The notes: generated from the letters alone by a model not told the origin. Counted from the stretch's first letter, positions 36,396 through 45,793 are shown. The stretch: 64,000 bases of DNA from Minisyncoccia bacterium (GCA_049997875.1 JBEKRC010000001.1:14775-78774); one strand, 5' to 3'. A program made the numbers and translations.

Positions 36396-36828
36396 ATCAT
36401 AATGATTCGACCTTTGCCGACCATGCTATCGTAAAAGTACTCAATTTATCTATCCTTCCTTAGTTCGAATCCACTCCCCTCGCACGTCAATTTGGATCGA
36501 ACCCCATTCCACGCAAACAAAAAATGGCCATTATATGGACATTTCTAGGATGGAAAAGTTGCCGAAAGCGGCAACTTCTTAGTGCACAGGCCAGGATTCG
36601 AACGCCTCAGATTGCGTCGGAACTGCAAGATAAAATGGATGTAGCCCCGCCTGCGGCAGATATGTTTTCGAAGAACCTAGCGGAGGCGAGGAAAGAGCGC
36701 TCTCCAAGTGAGTAGAAAATTTGACGGGACCCCCGCCGAAGGCGAGAGGGTGGCAAATTTTCGTAAGCGAGCGAGGAGAGCGCCCGAGCTGAAGCGGGTT
36801 CAAGAAAACATAATTGCCGCAGGCGGAG

Positions 36829-38550
36829 CTATGCCTCTTCCGTTTCCCGTATCACTTGCTCCATGGACGTTATCCCGTCAAGCGCCTTCATGACGCCGTC
36901 CTCGCGCAACGTGACCATCCCCTGATCCTTCGCTTCCTTCGCAATCTTCTGGGTAGTAGCGCCGCTCGCAATGATTTCTTCAAGCGCCGGCGTCATCCGG
37001 AAAACTTCGTAGATCGGGGTTCTCCCCACGATGCCCTTGCCCTTGCAGGTGGCGCATCCTTTCGTATGCCAAATCTTGTACGGCTCCGAATATTTCGCCT
37101 TGAACTCCGGGCGCACGCTTTCCAACGCCCGCCGGATGACTTTCTGCAGTTCCGGCAACGCTTCCTCCTGGAACTTGCAATCGGGGCAGAGTTCCCCCAC
37201 CAAGCGCTGCGCCATCATCACATTGAGGGAAACCGGGAGAAGGAACGGTTCAACCTTCATGTCAATAAGCCGGGGAATCACGCCCGCAGCATTATTCGTG
37301 TGAAGCGTGGAGAGTACGACGTGGCCGGTAAGCGCCGCCTGTACCGCGAGCCCTGCCGTCTCGTTGTCGCGGATCTCGCCCACCATGATAATGTCCGGAT
37401 CCTGCCGCAGAATCTGGCGCAAGCCCGACGCGAAATCATAACCGATCTCCGGACGCACCTGAGATTGGTTGACGCCCGCGATGAAATATTCCACCGGATC
37501 TTCCAGGCTTACGATGTTCACATTTTCCTGGTTCAGCGCCTGGAGGAAAGCGTAGAGCGTCGTGGTTTTTCCCGAGCCGGTCGGACCCGTGATGAGCACC
37601 ATTCCGAACGGTTTTTCAAGTCCCGCCTTTATGGCCTCAAGATTGCCGTAGCGAAACGGAAGACTTTCAAAGCTTTTGAGTCCCATAGTCGGGTCAAGAA
37701 CGCGGATCGCGACCTTCTCGCCGAGCGGCGTGGGAAACGTCGCCACGCGGAAATCAACGTCGCGGTCAAAAATCTTCGCGCGGAAACGGCCGTCCTGCGG
37801 GATCCTTGTCTCGTCTATTTTTAAATTAGAAATGACCTTGACGCGTGAAACGATCGGCTGCGCAAGCTGCGCGGGCAATGATGCCACCTGATGAAGATCG
37901 CCGTTATTGCGGAGGCGAATGCGAAGAAATCCCTGTTGCGGTTCAATATGAATGTCCGACGCCTTGCTCTCCACCGCCTCGCGGAAGGTGTCGGCCACGA
38001 TCTTAATGACAGGGGCATCTTCGCTGCCTCCCGCCTCTTCCAAGCCCACGACCCGCTGCACGCTTCCCCCTTCCTCCCCCGTGAGCGATTCAACTGCCTT
38101 TGCGATATCCGTCCGATAGGGGGAATATCTCCGAAGCACCGCTTCCCAATCGCCGTACGCGACGAGGTAGATGCCGAGATTCATATGATTCTCACGCGCA
38201 ATGAATCTTAACGCTTCCTGGGATTTCGGATCGTCGGGATGCAGCATGCCGACCACAAGAAGATTATCCTGGAGCGCGATGGGGATCACCTCGTAGCTCC
38301 TCGCGGTCTCTTCCGAAATCATTTGAAAAAGCTTTGCGTCAACGTCCGCGGGAGAAACTTTTTTATAAGGGATTTTAAGCAGCTCACTCTTGAGCTCCGC
38401 GATCTTTACGTCGTCAACCGCCCGTTGCTTCGCAATAACCGTTTCAACGGACTCTCCGCTTATGAGCGCGTCGCGCTTGATCCGGTTCGCAAGCGCAGCG
38501 TCAACGATCCCTTTCGCCTGCAGTTGCGTGAGTAGTTCGTCGGAGGTCAT
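36829..38550 (-). CDS. pilB: type IV pilus assembly / type II secretion ATPase (GspE/PilB family)
   Basis: Walker A LITGPTGSGKTTTLYA, Asp box, His box (VLSTLHTNNAAG) and a C-terminal CPDCK zinc motif. Confidence 0.85.
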   Translation of the reverse strand: MTSDELLTQLQAKGIVDAALANRIKRDALISGESVETVIAKQRAVDDVKIAELKSELLKIPYKKVSPADVDAKLFQMISEETARSYEVIPIALQDNLLVVGMLHPDDPKSQEALRFIARENHMNLGIYLVAYGDWEAVLRRYSPYRTDIAKAVESLTGEEGGSVQRVVGLEEAGGSEDAPVIKIVADTFREAVESKASDIHIEPQQGFLRIRLRNNGDLHQVASLPAQLAQPIVSRVKVISNLKIDETRIPQDGRFRAKIFDRDVDFRVATFPTPLGEKVAIRVLDPTMGLKSFESLPFRYGNLEAIKAGLEKPFGMVLITGPTGSGKTTTLYAFLQALNQENVNIVSLEDPVEYFIAGVNQSQVRPEIGYDFASGLRQILRQDPDIIMVGEIRDNETAGLAVQAALTGHVVLSTLHTNNAAGVIPRLIDMKVEPFLLPVSLNVMMAQRLVGELCPDCKFQEEALPELQKVIRRALESVRPEFKAKYSEPYKIWHTKGCATCKGKGIVGRTPIYEVFRMTPALEEIIASGATTQKIAKEAKDQGMVTLREDGVMKALDGITSMEQVIRETEEA

Positions 38551-38645
38551 TGCTTGTATTTTAACACATCCGTGAAACCATAATTTCGCCTGACGAAACT
38601 GCTGCTGGATGGACTACCTCGTCCGATAAAAACTGCTACGGCGCG

Positions 38646-38951
38646 CTAGGGCAGGATGAATGGATTCGGGCGGCCTGTGGCAGGGGAGGTCTGCGGACCG
38701 GGCAGCGGGAACGACGGGGGCTTTAACGCCTGGAAGGCAGGGCTATTGAGTACGTCTTGCGGACGTAAGGTGGCTTGCGAGATCGGTGTGATGTTTTGAA
38801 GGCTCGCGGGCGGTGAAATGACCACGAGTCCCGGTTCGGCGAAAAAGACATAATAGACCGCGACGCCGACGACCACAAGGAAGGCAAACCATCCAAGAAA
38901 GCTCATAAGATTCACCCTGCTCTTTTTCTCTTCTTCAATAATGACGGCCAT
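38646..38951 (-). CDS. small membrane protein, hypothetical (pilus-cluster associated)
   Basis: The 101-aa product has one TM segment and a Pro-rich tail. Confidence 0.4.
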   Translation of the reverse strand: MAVIIEEEKKSRVNLMSFLGWFAFLVVVGVAVYYVFFAEPGLVVISPPASLQNITPISQATLRPQDVLNSPAFQALKPPSFPLPGPQTSPATGRPNPFILP

Positions 38952-38956
38952 GGATG

Positions 38957-39586
38957 TTAGGGGAGTTCGTAATACGTTGCGACGGTGAAATTATACGTGA
39001 AAAGGTCAGGCGAAACCGCAGGGCCTTTTCCGTTCAAAGCGCCGCTCGGAGGGGGCTGGATTGAAAGCGCCGTAAGGTCGAAGATGCGGATATTCATTTC
39101 AAGCTGCGACAAAAAACTCTTGAAATTTTCATAGCTTCCGACGGCGGCGATTTGAAGGGAAAACGTTCCCATCTGCTTCGTACCCTGGCCTGCGGCGAGT
39201 CCCGCGGAGGCGCCTCCTTGCTGCGCTTGGTTCTGAAGCTCTACCATCGGCGACGTAAGGCCCATGCTCTGGATCACCACGTTGTTATTCAGGGCGATGC
39301 CGTATACTTGGGCAAGCGCCGATGCCATGTTCGGCCCCGAGGGCATAGCCAAGGCAAGGCTATCCTGCACCGCACCTTCATTTTTGTATTGGCTGATCAA
39401 TGTCTTTGCCTGGCCCACGATTTGCTGCTCATTGCTCAAAAAATTCTCGCTGCTCAATTCCGTTCCTTTTTTCGCCTGGAGATTGCCATAGGTCGGCTGG
39501 ATAAGATCAAAGAAAATCAAAAGCGCGGCCACAAGAAACACGAGGGCGATGAGCATGCTGGCGAGTCGTTTTGAGCTTTGTCTCAT
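38957..39586 (-). CDS. PilO-like type IV pilus assembly protein
   Basis: N-terminal TM, a coiled-coil region, and position within the pilM-N-O order. Confidence 0.5.
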   Translation of the reverse strand: MRQSSKRLASMLIALVFLVAALLIFFDLIQPTYGNLQAKKGTELSSENFLSNEQQIVGQAKTLISQYKNEGAVQDSLALAMPSGPNMASALAQVYGIALNNNVVIQSMGLTSPMVELQNQAQQGGASAGLAAGQGTKQMGTFSLQIAAVGSYENFKSFLSQLEMNIRIFDLTALSIQPPPSGALNGKGPAVSPDLFTYNFTVATYYELP

Positions 39587-39598
39587 GGCGTGAGTATG

Positions 39599-40156
39599 CT
39601 ACTGCGGTTCCCGCAACACCGACGGCGGATCCACGATGAGTGTCACGGTGAATTGCCACTGCCCGCCCGTGGGGGAAAGGGAAACCGCCGAAAGATTCAC
39701 GGACTTCACCTCGGGAGCAGCCTCAAAGATAGCGACTTGCTGATTCACGTCGGCCTCGGTCGGCGCGATTGCCGAAAGCACGATTTGATTCCCGGAAGAG
39801 AAGGTGAAGCGTGAATAATAAACATTCGCTTCGGTATTTTTTTCAAGCCACAGAAGAAAGCGGGAAAACACAACGTGAGTCCCGAGCGCCGCTTTCAGGT
39901 TCGTGATTTCGGAATAGAAGGCCGTGAACTGCGCCATATCGCCGGCAGATATGGACTTTGCAAGCGTATCCATTTGCGCATCGAGCTGTGCGATGCGCGA
40001 GTCCAAGTACGGCTCGTAGCCAAAGGCAAGACCGAAATAAATGAGCAGGGCGATAAGGAGAATGCCGCCGGAAAAGGCAAGCAAGCCGACTGACCAACCC
40101 GGCGTCTGGGGGGACTCCTTACTCAAGCGTTCAATAACCTGTTCTGGAAGAGCCAT
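39599..40156 (-). CDS. PilN-like type IV pilus assembly protein
   Basis: A short cytoplasmic N-terminus, TM and a periplasmic domain. Position immediately after pilM. Confidence 0.5.
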   Translation of the reverse strand: MALPEQVIERLSKESPQTPGWSVGLLAFSGGILLIALLIYFGLAFGYEPYLDSRIAQLDAQMDTLAKSISAGDMAQFTAFYSEITNLKAALGTHVVFSRFLLWLEKNTEANVYYSRFTFSSGNQIVLSAIAPTEADVNQQVAIFEAAPEVKSVNLSAVSLSPTGGQWQFTVTLIVDPPSVLREPQ

Positions 40157-40169
40157 GATAATGATTGTT

Positions 40170-41225
40170 TTATACGAATTCCTTCATCCCGAGCCCAAGC
40201 GCCACGCTCATCACGGGGTTGAGCTCCGCGACGAGCGGCGAAAGTTCAGGGGCATACTCAAATCGCAGGAAGGGCGTCGCTCGGACGACCGGCATCCCAA
40301 ACTCGCGCTCAAAATACTTTTCAATGCCCAAAAGGTTTGCCCCGCCCCCCGAAAGCACAAGCCGCTCCGTTTTTCGCGCCATGGGAAACTGCTGCGCATA
40401 GACAAATTGCGCCTTCTTCACCTCGTTAATTATAGCATCCAAAAGCGGAAGCATTATTGTGGACAATTCGTAGCTCGGGCCCGTTCCTATGATACCACGC
40501 TCTTTTTTGAGTTCCTCGGCGCGCGCCGGATTGATGCTCAAGCTTGTGGCAAGAGCCTTTGTGAGCGAGGCCGAGGCGAAATCGCTGCTCTGGGCATTCC
40601 ACACAAGTTGCCCCCCGTCAAGAAAAACGATATTCGTTGAGTGGCTGCCGATATCCACGACCATGGTAGGCGTCGGATCGCCGCCAAAAATCCGCGCAAT
40701 GCTCACGCTCTCAATCTCAAGCGCGTGGAGCGTGAGCCCCGCGGCCCCGAACATCCTTTGGTACTTTTTAACCTGCTCCTTGGGAACCGAGATGAGAAGG
40801 ATTTTCTGATGGACAAGGCCTTTGTCGTCTTCGTACTCCGCAACCTTCAGCCAGTCAAGCGCAATTTCGGAAAGCGGCATTGGCACGTATTGCCTCGCCT
40901 GATAGACCATCGCTTTTTTCATCTCTTCCGGACTCATCTGCGGAAAATCAATGACGGTGGTAAACACGGAGAATGGCGGCAGGGACGCAAAGGCGACCTT
41001 TGCCTGCGTGCCCATTTCTCGTATGATCACCTTTAAAAATTCAACGATGTCTGACTCGAAAATTCGGAGACTGCTTGTCTGCAATGCTTGGTTCGCACGC
41101 GAAAGATATCCGCCCGATTCTAAGACGCCGTAGTTTGTGACCTGCGGCCGCGTTCCGCCCTTTTTCACCTCAACGATCTTGATGGAGGTGGTGCCGATAT
41201 CCACGCCGAGACACGAGTTCGCCAT
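40170..41225 (-). CDS. pilM: type IV pilus assembly protein PilM (actin-like ATPase)
   Basis: CLGVDIGTTSIKIVEV actin-fold phosphate-1 motif. The internal ATG at 41223-41225 is preferred over 41303. Confidence 0.8.
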   Translation of the reverse strand: MANSCLGVDIGTTSIKIVEVKKGGTRPQVTNYGVLESGGYLSRANQALQTSSLRIFESDIVEFLKVIIREMGTQAKVAFASLPPFSVFTTVIDFPQMSPEEMKKAMVYQARQYVPMPLSEIALDWLKVAEYEDDKGLVHQKILLISVPKEQVKKYQRMFGAAGLTLHALEIESVSIARIFGGDPTPTMVVDIGSHSTNIVFLDGGQLVWNAQSSDFASASLTKALATSLSINPARAEELKKERGIIGTGPSYELSTIMLPLLDAIINEVKKAQFVYAQQFPMARKTERLVLSGGGANLLGIEKYFEREFGMPVVRATPFLRFEYAPELSPLVAELNPVMSVALGLGMKEFV

Positions 41226-41266
41226 TGTTAACCTGCTTTTAATCTGCCGATGCTTATTATCATACC

Positions 41267-41968
41267 ATGAGTTTTGACTTTCTGGTTTCTCTTTTTTTTC
41301 CACGCCGCTGCCTTGCCTGCGGGAAAACCCTGCGGGCGGGCGCGCTCTGTCCCGCGTGCCGCGGGAAGATAACGACCGCGCGCACGTTCTTCTGCGGCCG
41401 ATGCGGCTCGCCGCTTCCCGGTCCGAAGCTCCATGACCCCCGCCGCACCTGCCATCCTGACTTCCCCTACGTGCTCGGCGCCGCGGGAAGCTACAAGGAC
41501 GAAACCCTAAGGGCGCTCGTCCACGCCCTCAAGTTCCGCGGCGTGAGAGCGGCGGCGGAACCGCTCGCATCCATCATGGCGGAGTACGCCCTGCCATTCA
41601 AAACGGATCTGTTGCGTTACGTCGCGATGCCAATCCCGCTTTCGCGTGAGCGCTTCCGCATCCGCGGTTTCAATCAATCGGAACGCATTGCAACGCGATT
41701 CGCGGAATATTTCGGACTTCCCGTGGCAACGAAGTGCCTTGTGCGGATCAAGCACGCAAAACCACAGAGTGAAACGACGAGCGTGGCGGAGCGGAGAGAG
41801 AACATCCGCGGATGTTTTGCGGTTGCCGATGCCGCCGCCGCGTGCGGGAAAAACGTTCTCCTTGTTGACGACGTGAGCACCTCCGGCGCGACGTTTCTTG
41901 AAGCTGCGCGCGCGCTCAAGGACGCCCACGCGGCGGACATTATCGCGCTTGCGGCAGCCAAGGCATAG
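41267..41968 (+). CDS. comF: competence protein ComF (phosphoribosyltransferase domain)
   Basis: An N-terminal Cys4 zinc finger (CLACG...CPACRG...CGRCG) and a C-terminal PRTase motif (VLLVDDVSTSGATF). Confidence 0.8.
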   Translation: MSFDFLVSLFFPRRCLACGKTLRAGALCPACRGKITTARTFFCGRCGSPLPGPKLHDPRRTCHPDFPYVLGAAGSYKDETLRALVHALKFRGVRAAAEPLASIMAEYALPFKTDLLRYVAMPIPLSRERFRIRGFNQSERIATRFAEYFGLPVATKCLVRIKHAKPQSETTSVAERRENIRGCFAVADAAAACGKNVLLVDDVSTSGATFLEAARALKDAHAADIIALAAAKA

Positions 41969-42148
41969 AACCCATCTCCAAAATAGGCGCACGAGGATCA
42001 TGAACCATTTTCGAGCGAGAAACGTGAATCCCGACAAAGGAATACCTCGTGGCATTGCGAGGAGGGATTCGCGTTTCGCAGCCGAAAATGGCCATAAGAG
42101 TCGTGTGGCCTATTTTGGAGATGGGTTCTCACGTGGTAAAATAGCCAC

Positions 42149-42616
42149 ATGGCATCATTTGAAATGAAATGGGAAGCGCCGGAGTACGAGTACCGCGAGA
42201 AAGGCGTGTCGTGGTACTGGATTTCCATCATCATCGCGGCCGTCATCATCGCATTCTCCGTCTGGGAAAGGAACTTCCTCTTCGGACTTTTCGTCGTCAT
42301 CGCGGAGATGCTTTTCATCGTATGGGGCAACCGCGCGCCGCGCACGGTGCGCTTCGCGCTCACCGAAAACGGCGTAGCGATAGAAGGAGGAAAATCCCAT
42401 TCGCTCAAGGACTTTGAGAGCGTGAGTGCGACGGCAGCGAACGACGGCTGGGTTGAACTTACATTTACCTTCCGCGCAAAACTCAAAACGCCTTTAAAGA
42501 TTTTCCTCCCGGAGGCGCGGCTCACCGAATTCCGCAACAACATGAAGCTGATCCTCAGGGAAGTGCCCCACGAACCGACGCTGCTTGACTCCATTGAAAA
42601 GCTCGTCGGGTTTTAG
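42149..42616 (+). CDS. hypothetical membrane protein
   Basis: The 155-aa product has two TM helices followed by a soluble domain. Confidence 0.45.
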   Translation: MASFEMKWEAPEYEYREKGVSWYWISIIIAAVIIAFSVWERNFLFGLFVVIAEMLFIVWGNRAPRTVRFALTENGVAIEGGKSHSLKDFESVSATAANDGWVELTFTFRAKLKTPLKIFLPEARLTEFRNNMKLILREVPHEPTLLDSIEKLVGF

Positions 42617-42632
42617 TAAGGTGAAAGCGTCG

Positions 42633-42700
42633 GCATGCGCTCCCGCTGTGTGCGCCCTCCTGCGCAGACGAAGTCGGTCGCACACAGCGGGAGCGCATGC
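42633..42700 (+). repeat. perfect 22-bp-stem hairpin with a 24-nt loop (element H2), 3 nt upstream of tRNA-Arg
   Basis: 42633-42654 is the exact reverse complement of 42679-42700. The loop ccctcctgcgcagacgaagtcggt is near-identical to the reverse complement of the H1 loop. Confidence 0.6.
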
Positions 42701-42703
42701 TAC

Positions 42704-42775
42704 GCCCTCGTCGTTCAACGGACAGGACGCAAGATTGCGGATCTTGTAATAGAGGTTCGATTCCTCTCGAGGGCA
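42704..42775 (+). tRNA. tRNA-Arg (GCG)
   Basis: GCCCUCG/CGAGGGC acceptor, GUUC/GGAC D-stem, anticodon arm CAAGA-UUGCGGA-UCUUG, T-arm AGAGG-UUCGAUU-CCUCU and discriminator A. Confidence 0.8.
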
Positions 42776-42857
42776 CCTTGCACAAAACGGCAGAAAACGG
42801 TTAAATTAGGGCATAGGCGAAAAACGCCAAAGGTCTAACTAATTCTTTAACAAAAAT

Positions 42858-43616
42858 ATGAGCATTTTCTCGACCCTAAAACAAGACGCCATAAACTTCC
42901 TCGAACCGTACAAGACCAAAGAGCCAGCCACGTATGCAGCAGCGGAACAAGCAATCGGAGCCATCCTGATAACCGACGGCTTTGTAGGCATAAGCAATCC
43001 GTTCGGACGCAAAAAGCGTTCGGGCATATTCGGCACGATTGGGGGAATGGTTTTGGGAATCATCTTTATATTCATCCCGACCATAACTAACAACGTAACG
43101 GGGATTAACTCGATGACCGCAACGACTTCGGCGACCGTCGTTTCGATCGGTGCACCAAGTTATACGACCAGCAGCAATGGCAACAGGAGTGCCGCATGTC
43201 CCTTGACCGTGAGCTACTCGGTTAACGGCCAAACCTATACGCAGCAATCATCCATCTCCTCCTCGGATTACTGCTCCTTATCGCAAGGCCAGAGCATCGT
43301 TATAAATTACAACCCAACCAGCCCCGGCTCTTGGGTCTATGGGGCAAAGACGATCGGCTATATTCTCGAAATATTCTTTTGGGCGGGATGGCTCGTCTTG
43401 CTTTCCAGCATTATCACCTTCTTCATCCGGCTGTTCAGCATCATCTTCGGCTGGAAATTGGTAAGGGACGGTCGGAAGAACGCAGCCGCCCTGCCTCCGG
43501 GAACGAATCTTCAAACTATGATCGAAGAAATCAAAAAGAACTTTATAAGCAGTACATTTGGATTTGGAGGCGCAGCGAATCCACCTCTCAATGGTATTGG
43601 CGGAACCCAACTGTAA
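42858..43616 (+). CDS. hypothetical membrane protein
   Basis: The 252-aa product has TM segments flanking a Ser/Thr-rich extracellular domain. Confidence 0.45.
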   Translation: MSIFSTLKQDAINFLEPYKTKEPATYAAAEQAIGAILITDGFVGISNPFGRKKRSGIFGTIGGMVLGIIFIFIPTITNNVTGINSMTATTSATVVSIGAPSYTTSSNGNRSAACPLTVSYSVNGQTYTQQSSISSSDYCSLSQGQSIVINYNPTSPGSWVYGAKTIGYILEIFFWAGWLVLLSSIITFFIRLFSIIFGWKLVRDGRKNAAALPPGTNLQTMIEEIKKNFISSTFGFGGAANPPLNGIGGTQL

Positions 43617-44080
43617 TGATAAAAGATTTCATACGGAAAGGAACTTGCGCCGCGGTCGTGGCATGCGCGCTATTGGCTAGCGGTGTGATACTTGCGAACG
43701 GGCAAACTTATCCATCGGATACAACCACCACCATTGCAACTTCCACCTCCTCCTGCACGGTGAACGGACAGCCCGTCCCTTGCGGCCAACTATTTAAGTC
43801 TATTGGATGGTTTGCGGGGATAGGATTTGGCCTTATTATTCTTTTTATCGTCATATCCATTCTCTGCCTTATCTTTTGGATATTTATGCTAGTGGATGCA
43901 ATCAAAAAACCGATTCAGCATAAACCCCTTTGGATAATTATCCTTCTTCTTTTCGGTATTGTAGGTGCGATTGTATATTATTTCGCGGTAAAACGGAGTG
44001 CCGATCCGTTGGTGAATGGGAACATTCAGAAAAATAATATTGCTACACCAACCAGCACGCCTCCTCCAGCCGTAGGCTAA
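43616..44080 (+). CDS. small membrane protein, hypothetical
   Basis: The start overlaps the upstream stop (TAATG). It has a signal/TM segment, a Thr-rich stretch and a C-terminal PLWIIILLLFGIVGAIVYYF helix. Confidence 0.45.
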   Translation: MIKDFIRKGTCAAVVACALLASGVILANGQTYPSDTTTTIATSTSSCTVNGQPVPCGQLFKSIGWFAGIGFGLIILFIVISILCLIFWIFMLVDAIKKPIQHKPLWIIILLLFGIVGAIVYYFAVKRSADPLVNGNIQKNNIATPTSTPPPAVG

Positions 44081-44196
44081 TAGTAAACACCCGCTTTATA
44101 TATAGGTATAAAAATAGCCGCTATTCATAGGCGACCAGGTAACCCGCGGATCCTTTCTTTACTAATTTTTGCGAAGATTCTATATTGTAAACAACA

Positions 44197-44928
44197 ATGC
44201 CCTTGGAAAAATTTGACCAAGAATCTGTTTCCACCAACGGTGCAGAACAAGAAAGGGACAAAGAGATAGAAAGCGCCCTAGAGAAAATCCCCAATGCGGA
44301 CGCCGTCGTTGTTTTGGGAGAATGGTTTGAGATGAATAAGAATGGGAAAGCCGTTCCTTCTCTTGAATCAAAAATGAGAGCCATTGGGGCGCTTGAACTT
44401 TTTGAGAGGGGAAAAGTAAAAAAGATCATTATCAGCGGGAGCGGTCATCGGAAGGGCGTTTCCACCGAGGCAACAGTTGCGGAGGCGATGAAAGAGTATT
44501 TGCTCTCGCGGGGTATCCCCGAAAATGCTGTCTTTACGGAAGGAACATCTATCAATACTGCCGAGGGCCTCGAAAACGTTCTTGGCTTACTAGAGCAGGA
44601 AGACATCAGAAAAGTGCTTCTTGAGACGAACGAATACCATCTGCCACGCGCTAGACAACTTTTCGAAAATATTCTTAGGAAGCATGGCTTGGATATCAAC
44701 CTTGCAAATTCTGTTTCTGCGGAAGAGTTATTAAAGGAGCGCTCCCCGCATTACGAGAAGCTCACTTCTCATTTCGAATTTCCATCGTCCTTAAAAAACG
44801 CACCGAGAGAAGCTCTCCAGAAGGGACTGCGAGAATTTCTGCGCCGCGTACTTATTTATGTTGACCGCGACGATAAAATTGCAAAATTTCTTGCCGGGAA
44901 AATACGTGGCTCCAGAACCAGAGAATAA
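44197..44928 (+). CDS. DUF218 (YdcF/ElyC/SanA-like) domain protein
   Basis: VVVLGEW...AIGALELFERGKVKKIIISGSGH pattern of the DUF218 family. Confidence 0.55.
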   Translation: MPLEKFDQESVSTNGAEQERDKEIESALEKIPNADAVVVLGEWFEMNKNGKAVPSLESKMRAIGALELFERGKVKKIIISGSGHRKGVSTEATVAEAMKEYLLSRGIPENAVFTEGTSINTAEGLENVLGLLEQEDIRKVLLETNEYHLPRARQLFENILRKHGLDINLANSVSAEELLKERSPHYEKLTSHFEFPSSLKNAPREALQKGLREFLRRVLIYVDRDDKIAKFLAGKIRGSRTRE

Positions 44929-45071
44929 CCGCAGATCGGGGGCTTCGGCAACGATCTAAAAACAATCCTAAAAAATGTTTGTGGGGCTTTCCTCGCAAAC
45001 TTTGGAGATTCTGGAGGGACACAGGAAAGATGCAATGGCGCTTTGGAGGGATAGGGTAACTACTCTTCCGT

Positions 45072-45611
45072 TCATCCTTTTTCATCAATTCGGAAACCGA
45101 ATTGTCCCTTGTCGTCCAGTTTTTCCCGGGGCGGTTCCATAAGCTTTTTAATCGCCCTAAAGACCACCATGAATTGCCCATCATATCTCCTTTCCATGGC
45201 CTCAATCTTCCGCGCAAGTTCTTTATGCGCAGCAAGTAAAGACCGGAACCTTACGAATGCCCGCATAATGGCGACGTTTACTTGCGCTGCGCGCTCGCCC
45301 GTGAGCACACTTGAAAGCATTGCCACTCCATGTTCCGTAAAAGCATACGGGAGAAATCCGCCCAAACTGCGTTTGGAAGGTATCACATTTTGTGATACCA
45401 AAGTTTTCGCCTCTTCCCGTGAAATCTGAAACATGAAATCTTCAGGAAAGCGGTTTTTGTTCCGCCTTACTTGCTGCCGCAGCGCGATTGCCCTAACGCC
45501 ATAGAGCACCGCGAGATCTCTATCCAACATCACGCGGCATCCCCGCACCAGCAGTATCTTACTTTCAATACCCTCCGTTTTTAGGATCGCCGGAGCGATG
45601 GTTCGTTTCAT
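45072..45611 (-). CDS. ORF6N (KilA-N-related) domain DNA-binding protein, paralog 1
   Basis: ILLVRGCRVMLDRDLAVLYGV...RRNKNRFPEDFMFQ...FTEHG. About 60% identical to the 47662-48333 product. Confidence 0.7.
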   Translation of the reverse strand: MKRTIAPAILKTEGIESKILLVRGCRVMLDRDLAVLYGVRAIALRQQVRRNKNRFPEDFMFQISREEAKTLVSQNVIPSKRSLGGFLPYAFTEHGVAMLSSVLTGERAAQVNVAIMRAFVRFRSLLAAHKELARKIEAMERRYDGQFMVVFRAIKKLMEPPREKLDDKGQFGFRIDEKG

Positions 45612-45718
45612 GATTACCATACTACAGGTTGATGATTAAATTTTCTTAAAATTTTCCAATTAAAATGCCGACTTGGATTGATATTCTTTTAAAAACGTAT
45701 ACAATGAAATCCAATAGC

Positions 45719-45793
45719 GCGGGTATCGTATAGCGGCTATTATGCGACCTTGCCAAGGTCGAGATACGGGTCCGACTCCCGTTACCCGCTCCA
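45719..45793 (+). tRNA. tRNA-Gly (GCC), second copy with a noncanonical T-loop
   Basis: GCGGGUA...CGACCUUGCCAAGGUCG...ACGGGUCCGACUCCCGU...UACCCGCUCCA. The T-loop is UCCGACU instead of UUCGAAU. CCA is encoded. Confidence 0.7.

Noticed and set aside
36440-36640. Complete tRNA genes at the T-loop-like motifs
   Set aside because: No acceptor-stem complementarity or T-stem pairing could be found around any of the three motifs on either strand.
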